Translations under genes and position numbers: made by a program
The notes under the pieces: model-generated
What the model saw: only the letters and a program-made list of their open reading frames with translations
What the model was told of the DNA's origin: nothing
The model's database searches: none
Part shown: positions 10,172 through 19,560 of the stretch, piece after piece
How positions within the stretch are numbered: the stretch's first letter is position 1
How the letters are laid out: every line of letters begins with the position of its first letter
DNA from: a virus
Lineage: Duplodnaviria > Caudoviricetes
Virus record (IMG/VR): IMGVR_UViG_2700989005_000001
Location: 1-64,000 of that record
Reading direction: 5' to 3' (one strand)
Length of the DNA stretch: 64,000 nt

Positions 10172-10265
10172 GAGACGGTCGCAGTGCGCTGATAAAACAG
10201 CGATCAACAAATAGGAGTGATGGGCCCTAACTCATCAAATCATCAACTTTCGTGAGAACTATATA
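10153..10265 (+). other. late promoter (ACTAAATA) and structured 5' leader
   Basis: hairpins CGCACTG/CAGTGCG and CGCTG/CAGCG; possible pseudoknot 10212-10245. Confidence 0.45.
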
Positions 10266-10472
10266 ATGGCTACAGAAAAAGAATTACTCGATGACGTGAA
10301 TAACTTCTGGATTGGTTGGGACCAACGTGGTCCTGAGAGTCGAGATTATGACATCGAAGATGGTAATATGCGCAAGAAATGTCGTGAGTTTGAAGAGCGA
10401 AAGAAAGCTACAGACGAACGCATTGCAGCATTTGAAGCAACACGAAACAAATACAAAAGACGAGAGAAATAA
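10266..10472 (+). CDS. hypothetical protein upstream of gp31
   Basis: ORF, TAATG overlap with gene 31. Confidence 0.7.
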   Translation: MATEKELLDDVNNFWIGWDQRGPESRDYDIEDGNMRKKCREFEERKKATDERIAAFEATRNKYKRREK

Positions 10473-10810
10473 TGACACTTAAAGCACACGCAATGGGCGA
10501 ACAAATCATCATCGACACTAAAGCAGTTAAAGAAGGTGAAGAAATCAAATCTGAAGGTGGTATCGTTCTCGGGCGTGCTACTCAACCCGAAGTTCCGCTT
10601 CACGGTATTGTGATTTCTGTCGGCGAAGACGTAGACCAAAAGGTCATCAAAGTAGGTGACAAAGTTCTATTACCACTAGGTAATATCAAAAACGTACCTG
10701 ACCCACGCATTATCGAAGGTATCATGAAGCCAGACGATCAAGATCGTGCGCTATGGGTGCATACACACTACAAAAACATCGCGGCTGTATATCGCGACGA
10801 CGAGGCATAA
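10472..10810 (+). CDS. 31: head assembly co-chaperonin (GroES analog)
   Basis: KSEGGIVLG mobile loop, VISVG, KVGDKVLLP, T4 gp31-like insertion. Confidence 0.9.
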   Translation: MTLKAHAMGEQIIIDTKAVKEGEEIKSEGGIVLGRATQPEVPLHGIVISVGEDVDQKVIKVGDKVLLPLGNIKNVPDPRIIEGIMKPDDQDRALWVHTHYKNIAAVYRDDEA

Positions 10811-10812
10811 CA

Positions 10813-11202
10813 ATGAACGACAATCTTAGACTAATTGAAGTATCAGCAACTGGCTACTACAGCAACGCGACCGCAGCACACACGTGCTGGGTTACGGCTG
10901 AGTTCGTTGAGAAATATGAAGATGCGATTTGCGCATTTAGCTTTTCTTTCAGTGACCTAGACGGTAAGCATTCTGAAACAGAAGCTGAAGTTTGCATACA
11001 TGAAGAACAGCGCGACATGGCACTGGCTTGGAGTGAGTCTCAAGGTGAAGATTGGTCAATCACTGAAATCATGTTCGACCATGAAGCATTCGAGAGCGAT
11101 GACATTGAAGAAATGATCAGCTTGAACGAAGACATGAACAACACGATTGAAGTCAAGACACAAACAGTCATTACAATCGGTACTGAAACTATCATTGTAT
11201 AA
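10813..11202 (+). CDS. hypothetical acidic protein
   Basis: ORF; start ATG 10813 after GAGG. Confidence 0.7.
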   Translation: MNDNLRLIEVSATGYYSNATAAHTCWVTAEFVEKYEDAICAFSFSFSDLDGKHSETEAEVCIHEEQRDMALAWSESQGEDWSITEIMFDHEAFESDDIEEMISLNEDMNNTIEVKTQTVITIGTETIIV

Positions 11203-11228
11203 AAAAGGGAGCTAATTGCTCCCTTTTT
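11201..11228. terminator. bidirectional terminator
   Basis: A-run GGGAGC-taatt-GCTCCC T-run between convergent genes. Confidence 0.88.
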
Positions 11229-11229
11229 G

Positions 11230-11736
11230 CTATTCGTCATCTCCATAACCATACTTGTTGTTGTCAAAATCACAACGCGGGTTATTCAAGAAACTCTTTC
11301 TGTAAATCTTTTCCAATTCGCTTTTCTTCGCACCCTCTGGGTACTTAATACCTAGACTGTCTAAATGTTCTTTTTGCTCTTGCAGTTTTAATCGACTGAA
11401 GATCTTAGTTTGGTCTTTTGGGTGCTGAGGGTGATAATCATTATCTGAGTAATCAGCTTCTAGGTATTCTACTAGATTTTTAAGCCACTGAATGTAATCA
11501 ATTCCACGACCTTTCAAACCACTTCTTGTAAACTTATGAATCACAACGCCTTCGTAAGTATTGCACGCTCGACACAGAACGCCTCGAATATGCCCCGTGT
11601 TGTGGTCGTGGTCAGTATGTGGCGTGCTTTTCTCTTCACTCAATTTAGTACCGCACAACACACATCTGTCCAATTGATCCATGATTAGTTCATTACGGCA
11701 TTCTGTCAGTTCTGATTGTTTAAGTTGTTTGCTCAT
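11230..11736 (-). CDS. 49: recombination endonuclease VII (Holliday junction resolvase)
   Basis: CVLC, HTDHDH, IRGVLCRACN; C-terminal domain resembles T4 gp49. Confidence 0.85.
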   Translation of the reverse strand: MSKQLKQSELTECRNELIMDQLDRCVLCGTKLSEEKSTPHTDHDHNTGHIRGVLCRACNTYEGVVIHKFTRSGLKGRGIDYIQWLKNLVEYLEADYSDNDYHPQHPKDQTKIFSRLKLQEQKEHLDSLGIKYPEGAKKSELEKIYRKSFLNNPRCDFDNNKYGYGDDE

Positions 11737-11754
11737 GTTTTTCTCAAAAAGTTA

Positions 11755-11783
11755 TTGACTATGCTATTGTTTATATGTACAAT
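11755..11783. promoter_or_regulatory. overlapping divergent promoters
   Basis: + strand TTGACT-N17-TACAAT; - strand late-type TATAAACA at 11768-11775. Confidence 0.6.
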
Positions 11784-11808
11784 GAGAAGGCAAATTCATA
11801 TAAGGAAT

Positions 11809-12069
11809 ATGACAATGAAATTGAGACATTTAAGACAACGACTCGAAACTCTTGCGATATGTGAATTCAGCGTCGTCGAAGTTCGATACTTTGAAGATGG
11901 TCGAGAGCGTTATATCACGCCAGAGTTCGAAATCGAATTCAACCCAGAAGTGACAATCATCATGTTGTCAGATTCAAAAGGTCGAATCTCTTACAATGAG
12001 ATCGAAATAGAAAAAGAAATCGCAAGTCATGAAGAGCTTGCACATCGTGAACGTTTTTTAGGAATTTAA
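11809..12069 (+). CDS. hypothetical protein
   Basis: ORF; start after AAGGA. Confidence 0.7.
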   Translation: MTMKLRHLRQRLETLAICEFSVVEVRYFEDGRERYITPEFEIEFNPEVTIIMLSDSKGRISYNEIEIEKEIASHEELAHRERFLGI

Positions 12070-12078
12070 GGTAAAATT

Positions 12079-13086
12079 ATGAGCTTTGTGAAATACACAT
12101 CATTAGAAAACAGCTACCGTCAAGCATTCGTAGACAAATGTGACATGCTTGGCGTCAAAGAATGGGTAGCTCTTGAGAAGATCCACGGTGCCAACTTCAG
12201 TTTTATCGTCGAATTCAAACCAAGCACTGAGGAAGTACCTGGAGAGATGTCTGTAACGCCCGCTAAACGCACTTCTACTATTGGCGCTAATGCTATGGGT
12301 GATTACGACTTCTACGGTTGTACGAGCGTTGTAGAAGCTCACATCGAAAAAATGCAAGATATCTCAAATTGGCTATTTGCCAATGATTTTATCAAAAACG
12401 ATGAAACGATCATCGTCTATGGTGAACTTGCAGGTAAAGGCATTCAAAAAGAAGTCAACTACGGTGATAAAGATTTCTGGGCTTACGATATCTTATGCCC
12501 AGAAACCGGTGAGTTTCTAGATTGGGATGTTGTGCTCAAAGCATGTAAGTTTGCTGGAGTCAAGACGACTCACGAAATCGCACGCGGTACACTTGATGAA
12601 CTACTTAAAATCGATCCCCTCTTCAGAAGCTTTCACACGCCCGCTGACGTTGATAGTGAAAACGTAGCAGAAGGGTTCGTAGTTAAGCAATTGAAAGCGG
12701 AGAAACGCTTACACAACGGTTCTCGTGCAATCTTGAAGGTTAAGAATGAGAAATTCAAAGAGAAAAAGAATAAGCAGGGAAAAACGCCGCGAGCTAAAGT
12801 TGTTCTTACAGAAGAACAAGAAAAACTGCACGCTGCATTTAGTTGTTATCTAACTGAAAACCGCTTGCGCAATGTACTGAGTAAGATCGGCAAAGTTGAA
12901 GCGAAGCAGTTCGGTATGGTAAGTGGTTTGTTTGTCAAAGACGCGAAAGATGAGTTTGAACGTGACGAACGAGACGAAGTAGCAATCCCTCGTGATGATT
13001 GGGATGTTATCAAGCGTTCTCTAGTCAATGTAGCCAACGAGATCTTGCGTAAGAACTGGTTGAATATCGTTGATGGTACTTTTTAA
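12079..13086 (+). CDS. rnlB: RNA ligase 2
   Basis: motif I EKIHGANFS, YGELAG, AEGFV, ILKVK and Rnl2 C-terminal domain. Confidence 0.95.
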   Translation: MSFVKYTSLENSYRQAFVDKCDMLGVKEWVALEKIHGANFSFIVEFKPSTEEVPGEMSVTPAKRTSTIGANAMGDYDFYGCTSVVEAHIEKMQDISNWLFANDFIKNDETIIVYGELAGKGIQKEVNYGDKDFWAYDILCPETGEFLDWDVVLKACKFAGVKTTHEIARGTLDELLKIDPLFRSFHTPADVDSENVAEGFVVKQLKAEKRLHNGSRAILKVKNEKFKEKKNKQGKTPRAKVVLTEEQEKLHAAFSCYLTENRLRNVLSKIGKVEAKQFGMVSGLFVKDAKDEFERDERDEVAIPRDDWDVIKRSLVNVANEILRKNWLNIVDGTF

Positions 13087-13198
13087 ACACTTTCGTAAAC
13101 TATACTGCAAGCACACGAACAGGAATGAAACAAGTGTATGTGGCATTATATTCTGGTCGTGTCCTGACTGCGGCGATGATAATTATCGCGATAGATAA
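13073..13198 (+). CDS. 41-aa zinc-ribbon microprotein (not in ORF track)
   Basis: MVLFKHFRKLYCKH...WSCPDCGDDNYRDR; fills the gap before the terminator. Confidence 0.6.
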   Translation: MVLFKHFRKLYCKHTNRNETSVCGIIFWSCPDCGDDNYRDR

Positions 13199-13220
13199 AG
13201 CTCCTTCGGGAGCTTTTTTT
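13197..13220 (+). terminator. intrinsic terminator
   Basis: AAAGCTCC-TTCG-GGAGCTTT plus T-run. Confidence 0.9.
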
Positions 13221-13272
13221 GTATCTGAAACATGACATAAGTACTCATAACAGTATATGAGTGAGACTTATC

Positions 13273-13824
13273 ATGGCATTTATGAAAAAAGAGAAAGACA
13301 CAAAAGACATTACAGAAGCAGATGTACAGTACGCAATTGCCGTACAAAGCGTATGGATTCACAAGAGATACACAGCGGTTATACCAAACTGTTACACCAA
13401 GTTCGATAATGAAGCTGATTTATTTGGTATTCGACCAAGTGGTTTATGTGATGAGATTGAAATCAAAGTATCTAAAGCAGATTATCGAGTTGACGAGCAG
13501 AAAACTGTTCTAATCGAAAATGAGTCTTACGATCACTGGCGTGACAAGTATACCAAAACACCAAAACGTGATGCATTGCAAGATGGTAAAATGAGCAATT
13601 ACTTCTGGTATGCATTCCCGAAAGGTCTTGTCGACCATGCTGATGTACCTGAGTGGGCTGGTATAATCGAAGTAGATGGTTTTCTCAATGCAAGAGAAGT
13701 AAGAATGCCAAAACGTCTACATGGTGGAAAGATGACAATCGAAGAGCAGTTAAAGCAAATCAAGAAATTGGGCTTTCGATTCTGGAATCTGGTTAAAAAG
13801 AACAAGAAGAGCGAAGCGAAATAA
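13273..13824 (+). CDS. MmcB-like PD-(D/E)XK nuclease
   Basis: EADL...EIEIKVSKAD, NYFWYAFP, VPEWAG. Confidence 0.7.
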   Translation: MAFMKKEKDTKDITEADVQYAIAVQSVWIHKRYTAVIPNCYTKFDNEADLFGIRPSGLCDEIEIKVSKADYRVDEQKTVLIENESYDHWRDKYTKTPKRDALQDGKMSNYFWYAFPKGLVDHADVPEWAGIIEVDGFLNAREVRMPKRLHGGKMTIEEQLKQIKKLGFRFWNLVKKNKKSEAK

Positions 13825-13854
13825 CCAACTGAGGCCCAAAAATTGGGCATCATC

Positions 13855-13908
13855 TTAGTAGTATTAGTAGTTTTAGTGAAGTTAGAGATATTAGTAATAT
13901 TAGGGGAT
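13855..13908 (+). repeat. six 9-bp TTAG-initiated tandem repeats
   Basis: TTAG at 13855, 13864, 13873, 13882, 13891 and 13900. Confidence 0.8.
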
Positions 13909-13984
13909 TGAAAATAACTTGAGAAAGTTGTTGACAGTCCCCTTTTTTGATCGTACTATACAGTCCTTGAAACAATTTATGTGA

Positions 13985-14518
13985 GTGAAGACTATGAACT
14001 TGAGTGAACGTGAAGAAGAGCTAAGATCGTTATCGATTGAGCATGTGGACGATGAAGTTGCTGTTACTGTCTCATGTGCTGGCATGCTGAATTACTACAC
14101 TGTTTGCCCGTCAGAGTTCAAAGACTTTTTGGACAACCATGAGGGAACAGCTTATGTAGCATTTGAATGGCACAACATGCCATGTGATTTACAAGACGAA
14201 GAATTAGACTTCGACGGTCTACTTGCTTGGTTTAATCTCGATGAACAAGAACGTGAAATCTGCGAAGCATTGTATAATAACAACGTTTGTATGTCATTCG
14301 AAGATGCAGCCGAGAAAATCAGTGACTGTTGGGTGTTCGAAGGCACAAGCGAAGACTATGCAAGACATGTAACGTCTGAGCTAATGGGTATTCGCTTAGA
14401 AGATATGCCTGTCATTGTAAGCAGCAACATCAACTGGCGTGATGTATTCATCGACCTTGACGCAGAAGGTAATATCTACGAAATTGGTCGCGACAAATAC
14501 TTAACAGTACACGGTTAA
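13985..14518 (+). CDS. ArdA-like antirestriction (DNA mimic) protein
   Basis: very acidic; C-terminal EDYAR...P....NINWRDVFIDL resembles ArdA. Confidence 0.6.
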   Translation: MKTMNLSEREEELRSLSIEHVDDEVAVTVSCAGMLNYYTVCPSEFKDFLDNHEGTAYVAFEWHNMPCDLQDEELDFDGLLAWFNLDEQEREICEALYNNNVCMSFEDAAEKISDCWVFEGTSEDYARHVTSELMGIRLEDMPVIVSSNINWRDVFIDLDAEGNIYEIGRDKYLTVHG

Positions 14519-14519
14519 A

Positions 14520-15098
14520 ATGAGTAGCACAAAAGGTAAAGTCAACAAAGACGATTACTACGCTACGCCAGACTGGATTGTTGAAGAGTTTCTACTAGAG
14601 TTTGAAACTCGCATTCAGCATGAGCACGAGAAGAGCATGGCAGGTATGTACGTGCTCGACCCATCATGTGGTGGTTGTTCAGAACACAAAGCAGCATATC
14701 CCGTAGCATACAAGAGTTTGTATCATGTTGATATTGACACAATGGACATTCGCGAAGACAGTCACGCGCAAATTATCGCGAACTATCTTGAAGCTGATGT
14801 TCAAGTGAATTACTACGATATGATCATGACTAACCCACCGTTCAGCTTATCAGTTGATTTTGCAGAGAAAGCACTGAGCGAAGTCAAGAATGGTGGTTAT
14901 GTTGTCATGCTACAACGTCTTAACTGGCTAGGTAGTATCAAACGAAAGCCTTTCTGGGATGAAGCACCCCTGAGAGCAGTGATGGTTCATCATCGAAGAC
15001 CATCATTTCACGGTACAAAAGGCACAGACTCGATTGAGTATGCGCACTTTGTATTTCAAAAAGGTTACGCAGGTAAAGCAGAGATTATAGTAATATGA
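14520..15098 (+). CDS. DNA N6-adenine methyltransferase
   Basis: DYYATP, VLDPSCG (SAM binding), TNPPF catalytic motif. Confidence 0.85.
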   Translation: MSSTKGKVNKDDYYATPDWIVEEFLLEFETRIQHEHEKSMAGMYVLDPSCGGCSEHKAAYPVAYKSLYHVDIDTMDIREDSHAQIIANYLEADVQVNYYDMIMTNPPFSLSVDFAEKALSEVKNGGYVVMLQRLNWLGSIKRKPFWDEAPLRAVMVHHRRPSFHGTKGTDSIEYAHFVFQKGYAGKAEIIVI

Positions 15099-15310
15099 TT
15101 ACTTCAGTTGAAACTTATGAAGGTCTACTAGACACATTCGACAAACCACAACAAATGAAAATCGTAGATGGTGATGTTCATTATTCACTATTCGGCACTC
15201 AGTTGTTTAGTCGCAAAAGCGAACTATTGCTAGAGACCTACTTGGTTTCAACTGAATCTACGCTCGGTGATGTTTACATGTGGAGAGTGGCATGTCGTTT
15301 ACGAAAATGA
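15095..15310 (+). CDS. hypothetical protein
   Basis: ATGA-coupled ORF. Confidence 0.65.
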   Translation: MITSVETYEGLLDTFDKPQQMKIVDGDVHYSLFGTQLFSRKSELLLETYLVSTESTLGDVYMWRVACRLRK

Positions 15311-15684
15311 GAAAAATAAGGGAATCTATGTCCAATTTTAAAGCAAATCTAGCAAGTCGTAGTACGATTAAGATCAATGGTACTGAGTATCACGGTACAA
15401 GCGTGACAGTTAAGAACGGCAAAGTCGTTGTTGACGGTCGTTTGCAAGGTGATATTGATGACCGCGTGGTAAACGTGTACATTGATGGTGACTGTACTCT
15501 TGTTCAAAACGAGAACGGCAATATTGCATGTCGTAACGTACAAGGTGACGTGACAACGACTAATGGCGATATTGAATGTGACGATGTTGATGGTTCAGTA
15601 TCATCAACAAACGGTGATATCAAATGTGGTGATGTTGCTGGTAATGTAAGCACAAACAACGGGGATATTATTCGAAAATGGTAG
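15307..15684 (+). CDS. beta-helix repeat protein (DUF4097-like)
   Basis: repeated V.G.V.T.NGDI.C units. Confidence 0.7.
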   Translation: MRKIRESMSNFKANLASRSTIKINGTEYHGTSVTVKNGKVVVDGRLQGDIDDRVVNVYIDGDCTLVQNENGNIACRNVQGDVTTTNGDIECDDVDGSVSSTNGDIKCGDVAGNVSTNNGDIIRKW

Positions 15685-15950
15685 ATAAAACTCGAATCAA
15701 AGAAGTAATTGACCTCGCGATTGAAAAAATTGAAGCAGGTTCAAATATTGCACACAGCGTGCAAGAGTTTACTCCGTTTGATATTGTCAACTACTTACAA
15801 GAAATTGGCTACGAAGCTCATGATCTTGAGACAAACGGTTGGCAAGTAGACTTCTGGCAAGATTTCACCAAAGACGGCTGCAAGAAACTTACATTTGCAG
15901 GTAGCTGGTATTTCGGTCAATCAACACTGAGTGAGGCATGTGATGACTAG
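15678..15950 (+). CDS. hypothetical protein
   Basis: coupled ORF. Confidence 0.7.
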   Translation: MVDKTRIKEVIDLAIEKIEAGSNIAHSVQEFTPFDIVNYLQEIGYEAHDLETNGWQVDFWQDFTKDGCKKLTFAGSWYFGQSTLSEACDD

Positions 15951-16239
15951 ACAAACAGATTTTTTCGGTCGAGAAATTAAAGACGGTGACTTTGTATTGC
16001 GTGCAAAGAACTCAGGTCGTTCTTACTCAATGAACGTACTGCTCGTTGTTGACTTGCCTGATGGTCGTCGTAAATACCTAGAACTCAGACCTTACGGTGG
16101 TGTTAGCAACAATGCCAAATTACCTGTCGGTAGTTCAGCGACGATTGTCGAACCTGAAATCGTCGAGCAAAAGTACCCAGATGCTTATCGCGCTGCGTTA
16201 GTAGAAGCTGCAAATCTTCGCACGGTAATCCCTCGATAG
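15943..16239 (+). CDS. hypothetical protein
   Basis: DFFGREIKDGD start motif; GAGG RBS. Confidence 0.7.
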   Translation: MTRQTDFFGREIKDGDFVLRAKNSGRSYSMNVLLVVDLPDGRRKYLELRPYGGVSNNAKLPVGSSATIVEPEIVEQKYPDAYRAALVEAANLRTVIPR

Positions 16240-16308
16240 TTGTTCTCGATAGTTGTTGACGTGAGTTGTCAATTGTGTATAATGCTCTTAAATTGAAGGA
16301 GAACTACT

Positions 16309-16446
16309 ATGATTGACAACATGATACGCGACATGATTGAGTCTGAATATGAATTCGATGACATCATTCATTGTCTTGAAAAGCAATACAAGATGCCTCA
16401 TATAGAAGCAGTGGACGCTCTAAACGAGGTAATTAACGATATGTGA
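16309..16446 (+). CDS. 45-aa hypothetical protein upstream of rIIA
   Basis: AAGGAG RBS after TTGACG/TATAAT promoter; MIDNMIRDMIES... Confidence 0.7.
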   Translation: MIDNMIRDMIESEYEFDDIIHCLEKQYKMPHIEAVDALNEVINDM

Positions 16447-16453
16447 GAAATAC

Positions 16454-18523
16454 ATGATTATTCATACCCCTGAAAGTAAAGTCCAAACATCTGGTAAGAT
16501 GCGAACGGCTGGCTTTAATATGAAAGCAAGTGCAAAAGGCTTTCGTATTATTTCGACTACACTATACAAAGACCCTATTCTAGCTATTGTACGTGAATTG
16601 ACATGTAACGGCTGGGATGCTCATCAAATGAACAAAAATATCGATAAAGCAATCGAAGTACACTTGCCGAATCAGTTTGAACCATGGTTTGCAGTGAAAG
16701 ATTTCGGTTGTGGTATGAGCGATGACGAGATCTTTGGCGTGTACACGACTGTTTTTGATTCGACGAAAGACGACTCGAACGACGTGATTGGTGCAATGGG
16801 TCTTGGTTCTAAGACACCGTTTAGCTATAACAACGGTCAATCGTTCACTGTTAAGTCAACAAAGAACGGTCTTAAAGCGGTTTACTCTGCTTATCTTGAT
16901 AATGGCGAACCTGCAATCACTTGTATGTCAGAGCCTGCACCAACTGATGAGCCTGATGGTGTTGAAGTAATCGTACCAGTACGTAAAGAAGACTTCAATC
17001 GCTTCAAAGAAGCTGCAAACAAAGTAATGCCGTACTTCAAAGCACCTGCTGTTGAGACGAATATCACTCTTTCTGAGCGTAATTTCACTCATATGGACGG
17101 TTACTTCACTGAAAACAAGAAGAATTCATGGCGTTCTGGTGATGTTTACGCAGTAATGGGCAATGTTTGTTACCCACTAAGTGAATATCACATTCAAGAT
17201 ATTCATCTAGTTCGAAACTACTTCAAGAACTCTGATCTATACATTGAATTCCCGATTGGTGAACTCGATGTCAGTGCGTCTCGTGAAGAGCTTCACTATG
17301 ATGACTATACGATTGACAATATCAATAAGCGTGTGAATGAAATCAATTCTAAGTTTCTAGCTGAAGCACAGAAATGGGTTGATGATCAAAACTTTGATTA
17401 TATCGGTGATGCATATCGCGCTTGTGACAATCGTTTCAATGACGTTGTGCTGAAGAAGCTGAAGTTTAATGACGAGCTTGTGGCGACTTATGCAAGTCGT
17501 ATGCTTAAAGATTTCCCGATTATGGGTAAAACTGTACGTATGCGACCTGAGTGCAGCAATAAAGAAGGTGTTCAACGCAATACCCGTGCTGCGCGTCCGT
17601 ACGACTTGGTCAACCCGCGTAATGATTACTCTAAAAAACCGATTACGGTCATTGTTGACGATTTGAAGTCTGGTGGTGTTGCAATCACAAAAGAATATAT
17701 TCGTCAAGAAAACGTGAGTATTTTCTATCATCATGACGATAAGCCGTCTACGACTGCACCGTTGGCATTCTTCAAAGAACGTCTTCGTGATTGTGAGTAT
17801 CGCGTGTTGAAAACGTCTGATTTGAAAGCGAATTACACGCCTCAGAAGAAGAGCGTCAAGAAAAAACCAGTGTCAGCTACAATTCGTTTGTATGAAATGC
17901 GAATTAATGAAGACGGCGAGCGTACAGTTAAAGCATCTGACGTTAAACGCGAAGTATTAAAGAGCGGTTCGTTTCATTACGTAAGTCTGTTCCGTGATTA
18001 CATTGAGAAAGTACCAGAGTGTGGTCATGGTCTTGATTACCATCGTTCGTTGGGTATGATCGAGACGATTATGCGTATTAAAGGCATTGATGTTGTTTAC
18101 ATCGCTCGACGTCCTGAGTACGTTCACATCAAAGGTAATGAAAATGCTGTAAATATCTTTGATATTAAGTTTAACAAGCGTGAATTGCGTAGTAAAATTG
18201 ATTGGAAATCATACACAGTTGATAATAATCTGTACGGGTATCGCAGTGCGCTTGTGATGACGTGGAATAATGATGCTGTTCGTAATCATTTCGGTTACGC
18301 TCGTTCTTATCACACGTGTAATCAGACGATTGATCGACTGTGCGACCACTTCTCTGCTATTCGCGACGTTCGAACACAAGAGCAAGAAAAGCACTTAGAG
18401 AAGTTGAAAAAGATTCAAAATGAATCGAAATATGAATTGCTATTCAAACTTGTTGGTTCTAACACGTGTGAAGAATCAACTACAAAACTAATTAAACTCT
18501 TGAGAGGAAAACGCAATGGTTAA
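16454..18523 (+). CDS. rIIA: rIIA protein
   Basis: GHKL-type N-domain (RELTCNGWDAH, DFGCGM, GLGSK), SREEL; precedes rIIB. Confidence 0.93.
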   Translation: MIIHTPESKVQTSGKMRTAGFNMKASAKGFRIISTTLYKDPILAIVRELTCNGWDAHQMNKNIDKAIEVHLPNQFEPWFAVKDFGCGMSDDEIFGVYTTVFDSTKDDSNDVIGAMGLGSKTPFSYNNGQSFTVKSTKNGLKAVYSAYLDNGEPAITCMSEPAPTDEPDGVEVIVPVRKEDFNRFKEAANKVMPYFKAPAVETNITLSERNFTHMDGYFTENKKNSWRSGDVYAVMGNVCYPLSEYHIQDIHLVRNYFKNSDLYIEFPIGELDVSASREELHYDDYTIDNINKRVNEINSKFLAEAQKWVDDQNFDYIGDAYRACDNRFNDVVLKKLKFNDELVATYASRMLKDFPIMGKTVRMRPECSNKEGVQRNTRAARPYDLVNPRNDYSKKPITVIVDDLKSGGVAITKEYIRQENVSIFYHHDDKPSTTAPLAFFKERLRDCEYRVLKTSDLKANYTPQKKSVKKKPVSATIRLYEMRINEDGERTVKASDVKREVLKSGSFHYVSLFRDYIEKVPECGHGLDYHRSLGMIETIMRIKGIDVVYIARRPEYVHIKGNENAVNIFDIKFNKRELRSKIDWKSYTVDNNLYGYRSALVMTWNNDAVRNHFGYARSYHTCNQTIDRLCDHFSAIRDVRTQEQEKHLEKLKKIQNESKYELLFKLVGSNTCEESTTKLIKLLRGKRNG

Positions 18524-19556
18524 CTTGCCACTCGAAACAAAACAGTCTATCGTTAAAGCATCTGCTAATGGTATGACACAGAAAGACAACGCGGCGAAGC
18601 ATGGGACTTCGCCAACCACTCTACGCCGTGTTCTTGCTGAACATCGTGATGGTAAATTCAGCTTGAATACTGCAAAGCAAGTTGTCAAACGCCCGCGCCG
18701 TAAACAACATTGTCAAGACGTATTCAAAGAAAACCTAGAGAAGTTGCTAGACACTACTGGTACTAAAGAGCCAACGCCTAAGACGAAAGCACCTGAGCCT
18801 GAAAAGACTCTTGATCAAAAGCTTGACGAGGCGATTGAAGAATTCGCTTATGTAATCACGCCAGTTAACGTGTCTTTTACTGTTGACGGTCAAGCTTATT
18901 CTGCCGATATCACAGCACCGAACTACAGCAAGATCGTTGAAGCATTGCTAGACAATGACGGTGCTACCGCAGTTGAACTTCTAGATGTAGCAAAAGGCAT
19001 TGAAGAGTTTATGCTTGGTAATGTCAAAGTGAAAGGTGGCGTTGTTAAGTACAAAGACCTTGATATCGATGGTGGTATGACTGGTCGCATTCTTGAAGCT
19101 ATGGAAGATGGTGACAAGACTCAAGTGACTAAACTCGTGAAGTTCTTCGAGAATCTAATCGAGAACCCATCGCGTCGCGCTGTCGAAGAGCTTTACGGCT
19201 TCTTAGAAGCTGCTGATATCGAACTAACCGATGATGGTCACTTCTTAGCGTACAAAAAGATTCGCGACAACTACAAAGACATTCACAGTAACAAAATGTG
19301 CAATAAGCCAGGTACACGTGTATGGATGTTGCGTCACCAAGTGAACGACAACAAAGATCAAACTTGTTCGGCTGGTCTGCATGTCTGTTCGAAAGGTTAC
19401 TTGCCACACTTTGGTGGTGCTGCGGGTAATCGCGTCGTGCTTTGTAAAGTCAACCCACGTGATGTTGTGTCTGTACCATCTGATTACAACAACACCAAGT
19501 TGCGCTGTAGCGAATATCTAGTTCTGAAAGAGCTAGACAAAAATACTTTGAAATAA
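18516..19556 (+). CDS. rIIB: rIIB protein
   Basis: N-terminal HTH, NPS, DGHFLAYK, CSAGLH, VVSVPSDY. Confidence 0.93.
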   Translation: MVNLPLETKQSIVKASANGMTQKDNAAKHGTSPTTLRRVLAEHRDGKFSLNTAKQVVKRPRRKQHCQDVFKENLEKLLDTTGTKEPTPKTKAPEPEKTLDQKLDEAIEEFAYVITPVNVSFTVDGQAYSADITAPNYSKIVEALLDNDGATAVELLDVAKGIEEFMLGNVKVKGGVVKYKDLDIDGGMTGRILEAMEDGDKTQVTKLVKFFENLIENPSRRAVEELYGFLEAADIELTDDGHFLAYKKIRDNYKDIHSNKMCNKPGTRVWMLRHQVNDNKDQTCSAGLHVCSKGYLPHFGGAAGNRVVLCKVNPRDVVSVPSDYNNTKLRCSEYLVLKELDKNTLK

Positions 19557-19560
19557 TTTT

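Noticed and set aside
10266-10472. rIII, by position upstream of gene 31
   Set aside because: No recognisable similarity to T4 RIII.
13090-13195. ncRNA after rnlB
   Set aside because: Imperfect stems are better explained by a 41-aa zinc-ribbon ORF.
16232-16257. 13-bp tandem duplication CTCGATAGTTGTT
   Set aside because: Two copies at a gene end; likely slippage, no functional sign.
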